Assembly: GCA_964291315.2 (NCBI GenBank)
Contig: OZ219753.1
Span: forward strand, 1,216,001 to 1,280,000
Source: Candidatus Poribacteria bacterium
GTDB taxonomy: Bacteria; Poribacteria; WGA-4E; WGA-3G
Reading direction: 5' to 3'
DNA length: 64,000 nt
Shown: piece by piece, positions 37,725 through 46,655 of the stretch
Layout of the letters: the number at the start of each line of letters is the position of its first letter
How positions within the stretch are numbered: the stretch's first letter is position 1
Notes under the pieces: model-generated
Database searches by the model: none
What the model saw: only the letters and a program-made list of their open reading frames with translations
What the model was told of the DNA's origin: nothing
Position numbers and translations under genes: made by a program

Positions 37725-40397
37725 ATGCTGAAAACTTTCAAATTCGCTTCCATTTTAACGATTCTGATTGTAGGCGGAATTTGCAGCCCCTACGCTCACA
37801 GTGCTACCTTTAGATACCATTGGGAAATAGACGAGACCCCGGAAGGGAGCGAAAGTGCAACCGTAAATGAACCGGTAGAGGTGACGTTGCTAGATCAACC
37901 GGTGCAGGTTGCGTCTCATAGTGCGTCCCTTTCATTAATGCGAAGATACAAAGTGCACTTGGGCCCTGAATGGAGCCCAGGGCGCGCCTACAAGCTCTTG
38001 AAGACCTTTGACTCTATTGGATGGGGAATGGGAAATATTCACGGAGGAATTCCCTCTGTGTGGCGATTGAGCGATCGCCACATACAGAACGATATTGAGG
38101 TTGAATATCAGAACGGCCAACGAGTCGTCACTCTCCATCAGGCAGTGTTTAGGTATGCCGAACCGTTGTTGGCAGAGATTGAAGGCGTGCGCGGCAGATA
38201 TTTCTCTAAGCGACTCCACCGTGCTGTCGTCAGGTTCGTCACCGATAATGGTGCCGATAGATACAAGCTCAACCGCATTTTGGAGGATCGGTACGCCGTT
38301 AGCATAAACGTTCCAGATTACGAGGAACTCACGCGGCACACAACGGGCGAAGACGCTGGACATTTTTCTGAATTCAAAAACGAAGAACTCCTCGCTCTGA
38401 TTTCAATGTTCGAGGAATTTCCACAAGGCATGCACAAAGTCCCTGGTTTAAAATATATCGTTAGACGTTCGGACGGGCTTCCTCATCCAATTCCTTCCGC
38501 GGCAGCAGTTGCATGGACAGGGGCAGGTTATATTGAGTTCACGGAAGCTGCTTTTAGGGAAAATGGGTTAGAAGCAATTCACCGTTTGATTTTACACGAA
38601 AAGGCACATTTTTTGTGGGAATATCTTTTTGACGAACAGCTGAAACAGGATTGGATTGAACTCGGCGGGTGGTTTAAAAACCCGCGCGATCCCGACGGTT
38701 GGTCAACAACGAAGCAGGTTGAGTTTGTTTCTGCTTACGCACACGGGGTAAATCCGAATGAAGATATGGCAGAGAGCATCAGTTATTACATCGTCAATCC
38801 TGACAAACTTCGATCTCGTTCTCCTGCGAAGTATGAATTCATTCAGAACCGGGTTATGCACGGCACGCGATATATCTCAAAGATTCGTGAAGACTTGACG
38901 TTTGAGGTGTACAACCTCTATCCAGATTATGTGTATCCGGGCCGGATTATACGGGTTGACATACAGGTTGAAGGTGAGCCTGAGGAAGATAAACGGATAA
39001 CGGTAGAAATTGAACTTCACGGAGAAAGCGACTTGGACGCTGCAAAATCCGCAAGTACTACAATCTATAATGTTGATAAGCGGAGCCCCAATAATGGCTA
39101 TATTTCGATGAGCCCCGTTGAAGCCGATGGCATGCGGATCGATTCGGGCCATATTCTGCGCGGGAGCACAACGTTATCAAAACATGCACCTCACGGTTAC
39201 TGGCACACTGACCAAATCAACATCCGGGACGCTCACGGGAATAGAAGATTCGCGTCACAGACCGATTTCGGCTGGAAACTCTATATCGACAGTCCCCTTG
39301 CATATGACGATGATGAACCGCCAGAATACGTCAAAGACTCAATGCGTCTCTCTTTATCAGAAGCAAGCACGGAAGAAGGACGAGCCTACCAAATTCTGAC
39401 AGCGCGATGGCAGTTTGTTGAGAAAACTGGGATGAGATCGGTTTCGGCAAGGATTGTACATGATCAAAGTATAGAATTTTACTCCAACTTAAGAGGGGGT
39501 GCATATTTCGAAACAAGGAGTGGAAATTTCCAAGAAAGAGATGGGCTCTGGGAAGTAAGTGTCCGAATTTCTGTGCCTGACTATGTGCCAAGTGGCACCT
39601 ACAATATTGTGATCGGGATGACGGATTTAGCAAAAAACGCTGATTGGATCGTGTTGCCTGACTCTATTGAGATTCAAACAGCAAATCTCGATGTTATACC
39701 TCCTGAACTGGATTTAAATAGGATTACAATTCAGGCAGAACCAACACATCCAGAGGCACCCAACGGCGAAACGCGGGTTGACATTACCTTTAGAGTCAAA
39801 GATAATATCAGCGGATATGATAGGGCACTCATATCTTTACGCGATCCTCAGGGTTTTGGATACCCCTTTCATCACCTCGATGAGGAATATGGCGAAATGT
39901 ACTTTTCAAGGGATCCAACCCGCTATCAAGTCTGTCATCGCACCATTATTTTGCCTGTCGGCAGTGCTCCCGGCACTTGGGGACTTGGTAGCATGAATGT
40001 ATGGGATAAGGCAGGCAACAAACTTTATGCAGACTTCACCGAAATTGTCCGATTTGAGGTAGACGGTGTAGCCACAGCCGCACCTATCATCGCCTCACTT
40101 CCTGACAACACGCGGCTGCTCGCAAACTACCCCAACCCGTTCAATCCGGAGACGTGGATACCGTATCAACTCGTCAGCAGCAGCGATGTCGAGATTACCA
40201 TTTACGATACCAAGGGGCATCTGATTCGCACATTGGCACTTGGGCATCAGGAGGCAGGTTATTATACGAACAGACATCGTGCGGCGTATTGGAATGGTCT
40301 CAACAGTTTAGGAGAGCAGGTTGCCAGCGGGGTCTACTTCTATCAACTGCGGACAGATGCGGCTTCCCAGATGCGAAAAATGGTTATCTTGAAGTAG
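37725..40397 (+). CDS. Secreted HEXXH zinc-metallopeptidase-like protein with C-terminal FlgD-Ig/T9SS-CTD-like domain (copy 2)
   Basis: Tandem paralog of 34607-37306 with the same motifs. Start set by alignment (MLKTFKFAS). Confidence 0.8.
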   Translation: MLKTFKFASILTILIVGGICSPYAHSATFRYHWEIDETPEGSESATVNEPVEVTLLDQPVQVASHSASLSLMRRYKVHLGPEWSPGRAYKLLKTFDSIGWGMGNIHGGIPSVWRLSDRHIQNDIEVEYQNGQRVVTLHQAVFRYAEPLLAEIEGVRGRYFSKRLHRAVVRFVTDNGADRYKLNRILEDRYAVSINVPDYEELTRHTTGEDAGHFSEFKNEELLALISMFEEFPQGMHKVPGLKYIVRRSDGLPHPIPSAAAVAWTGAGYIEFTEAAFRENGLEAIHRLILHEKAHFLWEYLFDEQLKQDWIELGGWFKNPRDPDGWSTTKQVEFVSAYAHGVNPNEDMAESISYYIVNPDKLRSRSPAKYEFIQNRVMHGTRYISKIREDLTFEVYNLYPDYVYPGRIIRVDIQVEGEPEEDKRITVEIELHGESDLDAAKSASTTIYNVDKRSPNNGYISMSPVEADGMRIDSGHILRGSTTLSKHAPHGYWHTDQINIRDAHGNRRFASQTDFGWKLYIDSPLAYDDDEPPEYVKDSMRLSLSEASTEEGRAYQILTARWQFVEKTGMRSVSARIVHDQSIEFYSNLRGGAYFETRSGNFQERDGLWEVSVRISVPDYVPSGTYNIVIGMTDLAKNADWIVLPDSIEIQTANLDVIPPELDLNRITIQAEPTHPEAPNGETRVDITFRVKDNISGYDRALISLRDPQGFGYPFHHLDEEYGEMYFSRDPTRYQVCHRTIILPVGSAPGTWGLGSMNVWDKAGNKLYADFTEIVRFEVDGVATAAPIIASLPDNTRLLANYPNPFNPETWIPYQLVSSSDVEITIYDTKGHLIRTLALGHQEAGYYTNRHRAAYWNGLNSLGEQVASGVYFYQLRTDAASQMRKMVILK

Positions 40398-40480
40398 AGT
40401 GCTAATGCCCCGCAGGCTTAATTGCCTTACATCCAAAAAGGAGCTGTGAGCTAAACCGCCCCGGCAAAGCAACAGAGTGT

Positions 40481-40509
40481 TTGACTCTTTTCATAAAATG
40501 TAGTATACT
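40481..40509 (+). promoter_or_regulatory. Sigma70-type promoter upstream of the desaturase cassette
   Basis: TTGACT, 17-bp spacer, TATACT. Confidence 0.6.
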
Positions 40510-40521
40510 TAATTTGAATTT

Positions 40522-41978
40522 GATAGGATTTACGCAATTCCGGGGGCCGAGCGGTTAGACTTGCAGAGAGTCTATGGGCGATCCACCGCAAAACTGCCAA
40601 AGCTGAAGCGTAATATGACTTAGACAAACTTAACTCGTGTGCATAAGAAGGAGAATTAATTGTCAACAGATCCATGTTCATCAAGTCCGGCGGAGGCGTC
40701 GGACATTATTCATCCGCGCGTTCTCCCTTTCATAGCTATGCATCTTGCATGCTTTGCTATTTTCTGGGTGGATGTTCAAACCATAGATTGGATTGTATGC
40801 GGGGCCTTGTACGTTATCCGCATGTTTGGAATCACAGCGGGGTTTCATCGTTACTTTTCGCATCGTTCATTCAAAACAAGCCGAGGATTCCAATTCTTTT
40901 TAGCTTTTCTGGGACAGAGTTCAGCGCAGCGCGGGGTCCTCTGGTGGGCGTCGAAACACCGCCATCACCATAAGTACTCCGACACAGTGCAAGATGTGCA
41001 TTCACCGGTGCAACATGGATTCTGGTATTCCCATGTACTATGGATTTTTTCTAAGCAGGGACGGGAGCCGGATTACATTTTAATTAAGGATTTTCGGAAG
41101 TACCCAGAGCTGGTGTGGTTAGATAAATGGGAAAGATTCCCGCCATTCGTATTAGCTGTTTTGGTCTGGGCGTTTCTCGGCTGGTCTGGATTGATCGTAG
41201 GATTTGTCTTGAGTACTGTGATCCTATACCATGGGACATTTACAATTAACTCGCTCTCCCACGTGATAGGCAAACAACCTTATGACACCGGAGATAGTTC
41301 TCGTAACAACTTGTTCTTGGCTATTATTACGCTAGGTGAAGGATGGCATAACAACCATCATCACTTTCCAAGTGCTACGCCGCAAGGATTTCATTGGTGG
41401 CAAATTGATGTTACCTATTATATTCTCAAAGTGTTATCTATTTTTAGGATTGTTTGGGACCTTCGCCTGCCTCCTGCACATGTGATTAAAGGGGTTTCCA
41501 AATTATCGGTCGCCGCGATAGAAAGAGCCGCGCAGCAGCTCGCTGCGAGTTTTTCCATTGAGCATATTGGTAAGGCTGTTTTGAACGCATGGACGCATAC
41601 TCCTGAATTGGTTGAACTCCGAAACCGGACCCGCATCGGTCAGTCAGCGGTAGAAGATTTTCTCAAAGAGATGAAAATCCTTGAGCTGTCTACAGTGGAG
41701 AATGTGAAACAGCGCGCCCAAAAAATGTTCACCCATATCCCGTCGTTAAATCCGATTGTTGAACGCGCAAACCAGATCATTGTTCAGGCAGTTTCAGTAT
41801 GGATACTTCAGAACCAGATGTAGGCAGCGTCAGTTCATGTATAACTGTGGTACCAGCATCTGTCTGTCAGGACGGACGCAAAATCACGGATTTCCAACAC
41901 TTAATGTTTTGCGATAGCTCGTCTACCGGGGCTCTGCGGGCCTAACCGATCGCACCCCAGAATTGCGTAAGTTCTATC
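40522..41978. mobile_element. Putative non-autonomous inverted-repeat-bounded element carrying a desaturase
   Basis: 73-bp imperfect inverted repeats at 40522-40594 and 41906-41978 (54/73 identical by hand count, ungapped). No transposase inside. Confidence 0.5.
40660..41823 (+). CDS. Membrane fatty acid desaturase (delta-9/stearoyl-CoA desaturase-like)
   Basis: His boxes HRYFSH, HRHHH, HNNHH. GEGWHNN, TM segments. TTG start with AAGGAG RBS. Confidence 0.93.
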   Translation: MSTDPCSSSPAEASDIIHPRVLPFIAMHLACFAIFWVDVQTIDWIVCGALYVIRMFGITAGFHRYFSHRSFKTSRGFQFFLAFLGQSSAQRGVLWWASKHRHHHKYSDTVQDVHSPVQHGFWYSHVLWIFSKQGREPDYILIKDFRKYPELVWLDKWERFPPFVLAVLVWAFLGWSGLIVGFVLSTVILYHGTFTINSLSHVIGKQPYDTGDSSRNNLFLAIITLGEGWHNNHHHFPSATPQGFHWWQIDVTYYILKVLSIFRIVWDLRLPPAHVIKGVSKLSVAAIERAAQQLAASFSIEHIGKAVLNAWTHTPELVELRNRTRIGQSAVEDFLKEMKILELSTVENVKQRAQKMFTHIPSLNPIVERANQIIVQAVSVWILQNQM

Positions 41979-42217
41979 CTGGGAACCATCAGTTTTAACC
42001 TCAATTTGAATTAAGTAGCTGCAAGGTCTGACACTTCCTCCAAACATGTTTCAATACCATCTATGACTCGGGAGCCTGTCCTATTCCGTGCAATCAGTAT
42101 AAAACTTGTACCTCTATGTGCAATCTTTTCTGAAGATTTGGCAAAGAGCCTTATCTGCACCGCGGCAGTAGATTGGCACGAAATGTGCTAGGAGAATTAA
42201 TAGATAAGGAGTTATCA

Positions 42218-43114
42218 ATGGAAACCGAACGGAAGTATCGCGTTGCACCGTCTGGATTCACGCCAGAGCAGTGGGAAACTTTTAACAAAGATGGCATTAT
42301 CTGCATTGAAGATGCTCTTGATTCTGAAGACATCCAAACGTATATTGACGCAATAGACCGGGTTGCCGCTACTAATCCGAAGTATGCCCCAGGCAGTTAC
42401 CTCGGCATGGAGAACATCGTTGAACGCGATCCCGTTTTTACGGGTTTAATCGACCATGAGGGGCATGTTGGTTTTGCGTATGACCTGTTCGGGGAGCTTC
42501 TCAAACTCCATCAGAGCCAGTTTTTCCTACGGCCTCCCGGTGGCAAACAGTACAATCAGTGGCACCCGGATGGCGCGCGTGCACTGCCTTATGGGGTGTT
42601 CTCGCCGCAGCTACCCTTACAGATCAAGATCGGATATTGGCTGACGGATTTGCCGACCTCGAGGATGGGGAACCTCGTTGTACTACCGGGGAGCCATCGC
42701 CAGCAGTATATGGACAGCTACGATACCCACAAGAGTATCTCTGGAGAAAGGGTTGTCTGCCCGCGTAAAGGGACGATGACGGTGATGCACTCAAGCATCT
42801 GGCACCGTGTAGAACCGAACGAGAGCGATGTGGTGCGTTACAATATTTTTGTCGCCTATTGTCCATCGTGGCTGACTTCTGCTGACCGATTTCACTCCTC
42901 GCCGGAGTGGCTAGAGACGCTTAACCGTGAACAGCGGATTATTATGCGCAGCTACAGCCATGCGTATCATAACGCGAAACCTCCGGCATCTGATTTCCCG
43001 CTTTTCCTTGAACGCGACACCGGGGTTGAAAAAGACACGGGCACGTATCCTGAACACGTCCAACTGCACCGCCGCAAACGGTTGACCATGCATGAAAGAC
43101 TGACGGCTTTATAA
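42218..43114 (+). CDS. Phytanoyl-CoA dioxygenase (PhyH) family Fe(II)/2OG oxygenase
   Basis: F..DG.I.IEDAL, WHPD, GNLVVLPGSH, IWH...N.S...R. ATG at 42218 with AAGGAG RBS. Confidence 0.9.
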   Translation: METERKYRVAPSGFTPEQWETFNKDGIICIEDALDSEDIQTYIDAIDRVAATNPKYAPGSYLGMENIVERDPVFTGLIDHEGHVGFAYDLFGELLKLHQSQFFLRPPGGKQYNQWHPDGARALPYGVFSPQLPLQIKIGYWLTDLPTSRMGNLVVLPGSHRQQYMDSYDTHKSISGERVVCPRKGTMTVMHSSIWHRVEPNESDVVRYNIFVAYCPSWLTSADRFHSSPEWLETLNREQRIIMRSYSHAYHNAKPPASDFPLFLERDTGVEKDTGTYPEHVQLHRRKRLTMHERLTAL

Positions 43115-43128
43115 AGACAGCTATTAAA

Positions 43129-44259
43129 ATGAAGACCCTATTCCTCAAAGACATGCGCTATCGCCAAGCAAGGGTAGTGCTGACAGCGCTCGGTATCACC
43201 GTACTGATTTCGCTCATCTTGCTGCTAGGCGGTATTATGAACGGCATGCGCATCCAGGCCCGGCAATACGTTGAATCAACGGGAGCAGACCTATGGATTT
43301 CCGCTGAAGGCTCCGGGGGTGCCTTTATCGGCTTCTCTCTTGTTGTTGAGGAATACATGGCGTTTCTGAATGCAGGTCAAGGCCTAGTGCCAAATTCCGC
43401 TTCGCCCTTAGTTTTTGCACAAGCTCGCCCTAACATACGTGGAAAGTCCACTAAAGCGATTGTAGTCGGTTACACACTCGGAAAACTGGGGGGGCCCAAG
43501 CAAGCGATCGAGGGAAGAATGTTTACCCCAAGCAAATTTGAAGACTACAGGCCTGAAAATCCTGCCCCTTATGAGGTGGTGGTCGATGAAAAAATGGGCT
43601 TGGAAATCGGGCAGCAGATAACCCTTGCCGATGAGAAAGTACGGGTTGTCGGAAAAACAAAAAGCCTGATGTTCGTGCTGGACACACCGCTCCTTTTTAT
43701 GGATATCCGCCTTGCCCAGAAACTTTTGCTCGGCAATACCCCGCACGTTAACATGATGCTCGCCAGAGTGCATGCAAACTTCCCAGTACCAGAGGTATCC
43801 AGTCAATACGATGCCTTTGAGACCATCGAGACACGCACTTTAAAACAGACAGTTGGAAACATCATTGAGTACTACGTTGATGAACCGATGAAGGCGGTGC
43901 AATTCTTGCGTGTGATGTTGTGGGTAGCAGCAGGCATCCTTGTCGGGATGATTACCTATGTAACGATGCTTGAAAAGACGCAGGAGATTGGTGTCCTAAA
44001 AGCGATCGGCGCTGCAAACGGTTACGTCATGGCCCTTTTGCTGAAGCAAGTTGCGTTAATGTCCGCTGTCGGCGTAGGACTCGGGCTTCTTCTCGCTTAT
44101 ATTTTTGCGGCGGCGGCCCCCATTTTCGTTGCAATTAATTTTGTTGAATCGATCATCGTTACGTGTATCAGTTTTGTCGTTTGTTGCGGAAGCGGTTACC
44201 TGGCGGCGCGGAAGGCGATCACGGTGGATCCGATGATCGCCTTCCGCGGTGAAATTTAA
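43129..44259 (+). CDS. ABC transporter permease (MacB/FtsX/DevC-like)
   Basis: N-terminal TM, periplasmic domain, EKTQEIGVLKAIGA, VDPMIAFRGE. Confidence 0.92.
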   Translation: MKTLFLKDMRYRQARVVLTALGITVLISLILLLGGIMNGMRIQARQYVESTGADLWISAEGSGGAFIGFSLVVEEYMAFLNAGQGLVPNSASPLVFAQARPNIRGKSTKAIVVGYTLGKLGGPKQAIEGRMFTPSKFEDYRPENPAPYEVVVDEKMGLEIGQQITLADEKVRVVGKTKSLMFVLDTPLLFMDIRLAQKLLLGNTPHVNMMLARVHANFPVPEVSSQYDAFETIETRTLKQTVGNIIEYYVDEPMKAVQFLRVMLWVAAGILVGMITYVTMLEKTQEIGVLKAIGAANGYVMALLLKQVALMSAVGVGLGLLLAYIFAAAAPIFVAINFVESIIVTCISFVVCCGSGYLAARKAITVDPMIAFRGEI

Positions 44260-44424
44260 GGTTTTTTGGACGACTGAACCTGAGGTGCTGCATTAAGTGC
44301 CCCCCAGCAGCACTCAAATCGTTAACAAACTTTTGATAACCTAAGCGGGGCTCTTAACAACCGTAGATCGATGCTAACAGCGAAGGCATCGCCCGAACGT
44401 AAACGTTAAAAGGGTGAATAGGGT

Positions 44425-45099
44425 ATGGCAGCAATAGTAGAAGGGAACGGCTTAACGAAACGTTTTGGCACAGCGGAGGCAACTGTCGTCGCGATAGATT
44501 CCGTTGACATCACTATTGAAGAAAGCGAACTCGTAATGATTATGGGGGATAGTGGTTGCGGGAAAACAACGCTCATCAGCCTCCTCGGTTGTATTTTAAC
44601 ACCCGATACCGGGCATATCCAGATTGATGGCGAACCCATTGACCCGGAAGTACAAGATATGAGTGTGATTCGCCGTGAGAAAATCGGATTTGTGTTCCAG
44701 TTGTTTCACCTGCTCCCCTATCTCACTGCGCTTGAAAACGTCATGATAGCAATGGACCTCGCCCGGGCGAAAACAGAAGAAGCAGAAGGTCGGGCCACGG
44801 AACTCCTCACACAAGTTGGTTTAAGTGAACGACTTCACCATCGTCCTGCCCAACTTTCTGGCGGTGAGAAACAACGTGTCTCTTTTGCCCGAGCCCTCGC
44901 GAATAGGCCGAAGGTCATTTTCGCCGATGAACCGACAGCGAATTTAGATAGTCGCCAAAGCGACAACTTAATGAGCCTGATTCGAGAATTACGTCAGGAA
45001 CACCAGACAACCGTCGTGATCGTGACGCATCACGACGGGTTAAAAAAAGATGCAGATCGGATTATCCAAATGAAGGATGGAAGGATTATTGCTAAATGA
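44425..45099 (+). CDS. ABC transporter ATP-binding protein (LolD/MacB-like)
   Basis: GDSGCGKT, IGFVFQ, LSGGEKQR, FADEPT, VTH. Confidence 0.95.
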   Translation: MAAIVEGNGLTKRFGTAEATVVAIDSVDITIEESELVMIMGDSGCGKTTLISLLGCILTPDTGHIQIDGEPIDPEVQDMSVIRREKIGFVFQLFHLLPYLTALENVMIAMDLARAKTEEAEGRATELLTQVGLSERLHHRPAQLSGGEKQRVSFARALANRPKVIFADEPTANLDSRQSDNLMSLIRELRQEHQTTVVIVTHHDGLKKDADRIIQMKDGRIIAK

Positions 45100-46523
45100 A
45101 CGGGTATTTCTCTTTAAGAAAGCTTTTCTTTTTTGCTTCGACGCTTGCAATATTATTCCTCTTCCTCATTCTACCGACTTCCGCTCAGGATGAGTCACAA
45201 TCTGCGACCTCTGAAGAAGATATATCCCTAAACGAAGTAGAACCGCCCAACTTTCTGACAAGTGGATTGTACGGCGGGGGTTTAACTTTTATTGACGGTG
45301 ATGCCTATGTTCAAGTGCAGCTTCAGCCGGATATACCGCTTGGGAAAGTCGGCATCGGGTTAGACCTGATTCTACTCTACAATCCTTATGCTGAAGACGA
45401 AGTCCCCCAAATCCTTGCGGAAGATGGCGAAGCATGGGACGATCCAAGCACATGGTTACGACTTGTCCGTTATGTCCGCTACGGGCAGCCTTATGACCCG
45501 TTTTACTTGCGTTTCGGGGAGCTAGATTATCTGACAATTGGACACGGTTCAATTATGTCTGGTTATTCTAACTATGATCGGCGCGGCGTACGCCTGAATT
45601 TCAAGGGTGCCGAAAACCGCTATGGGGTCGAAACGATGCTCAATGATGTCGGGAATCCTACAATTTTTGGAGGCAGAGCATTTTTGCGCCCCTTCCAGCA
45701 GGAGGGGAACAACAACCTCCTGGCACGACTTGAGCTCGGGGCAACCTATCTTACTGACATCAACCCAAATTTGCAGGAAGATGGCGAAGAACCACTGAGC
45801 GCACTCGGGCTCGATGTCGGGTTCCGGATTTTTGAGACGCGTACATTTCGGTTGGACCTCTACGATGATATAGCGTTCCTCAATACTTTATCTGATGAAT
45901 TGGGAGAGGCGATATTAGAAACCGCTACAGCAATAGATAGCCTGAAGACAACCCTTGCTTGGGGAAATGCTGTTGGTGTTGGTTTTTCTTTTACGCAAGC
46001 GCTCTTTAAAATTGAATACCGTATCTTCGGGGATGGATACATCCCTTCTGTGTTTGACTATACGTATGAATCGGCGAAATCGCTATCACCAGAGCCTAAC
46101 AGTCCACAGTTTTTGGGGCTGGAGACAAACGCGGAGCCGAGCCGCGGCTTCTTCTCGCAGTTCATCTGGCATCCACTGCCGCAAATCCATTTCCTCGGAA
46201 CACTTGAAGACTATACTAATATTGAACCTAAACTTTATATGGGAGCTACCGCGTCGAAATTAGCACCACGTCTCTCGCTGCGGGCCTTCTACACTAAACG
46301 TAATATAGGCGAGGGCGGCGAGACAAATTTCTTTGGAGACCTTTTCGACCTGGACGAGAAATCAGCTTTCAGCTTAGAAGCACGTTATACAATCCTGCCA
46401 CCGTTTGAAACAATTGTGCTGCGTGAGTACCGATTCCGCCGCGTTGAAACGGAGTCCGGGGCCTCCCAATTTGAGCCGATCCACAAAACTTCCATTTTGG
46501 TAGGCGTTAGTACGAGTTTTTAG
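45096..46523 (+). CDS. Putative outer-membrane beta-barrel protein
   Basis: Signal peptide, alternating beta-strand patterns, C-terminal Phe. Start overlaps the ATPase stop. Confidence 0.6.
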   Translation: MNGYFSLRKLFFFASTLAILFLFLILPTSAQDESQSATSEEDISLNEVEPPNFLTSGLYGGGLTFIDGDAYVQVQLQPDIPLGKVGIGLDLILLYNPYAEDEVPQILAEDGEAWDDPSTWLRLVRYVRYGQPYDPFYLRFGELDYLTIGHGSIMSGYSNYDRRGVRLNFKGAENRYGVETMLNDVGNPTIFGGRAFLRPFQQEGNNNLLARLELGATYLTDINPNLQEDGEEPLSALGLDVGFRIFETRTFRLDLYDDIAFLNTLSDELGEAILETATAIDSLKTTLAWGNAVGVGFSFTQALFKIEYRIFGDGYIPSVFDYTYESAKSLSPEPNSPQFLGLETNAEPSRGFFSQFIWHPLPQIHFLGTLEDYTNIEPKLYMGATASKLAPRLSLRAFYTKRNIGEGGETNFFGDLFDLDEKSAFSLEARYTILPPFETIVLREYRFRRVETESGASQFEPIHKTSILVGVSTSF

Positions 46524-46599
46524 AGCCCATCCTCGGGGCATGCGTTCGATGGCATTGCCTGTATACCCACCACGCTGGCCGTAAAACGGAAAATTCGGT

Positions 46600-46629
46600 T
46601 TGACATCGTCCTCCCAATTACACTATAAT
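46600..46629 (+). promoter_or_regulatory. Consensus sigma70 promoter
   Basis: TTGACA, 18-bp spacer, TATAAT. Implies the gene starts at ATG 46656 (TAAGGAG RBS) rather than GTG 46632. Confidence 0.75.
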
Positions 46630-46655
46630 ATGTGGAGAAAGGAATAAGGAGAGAT

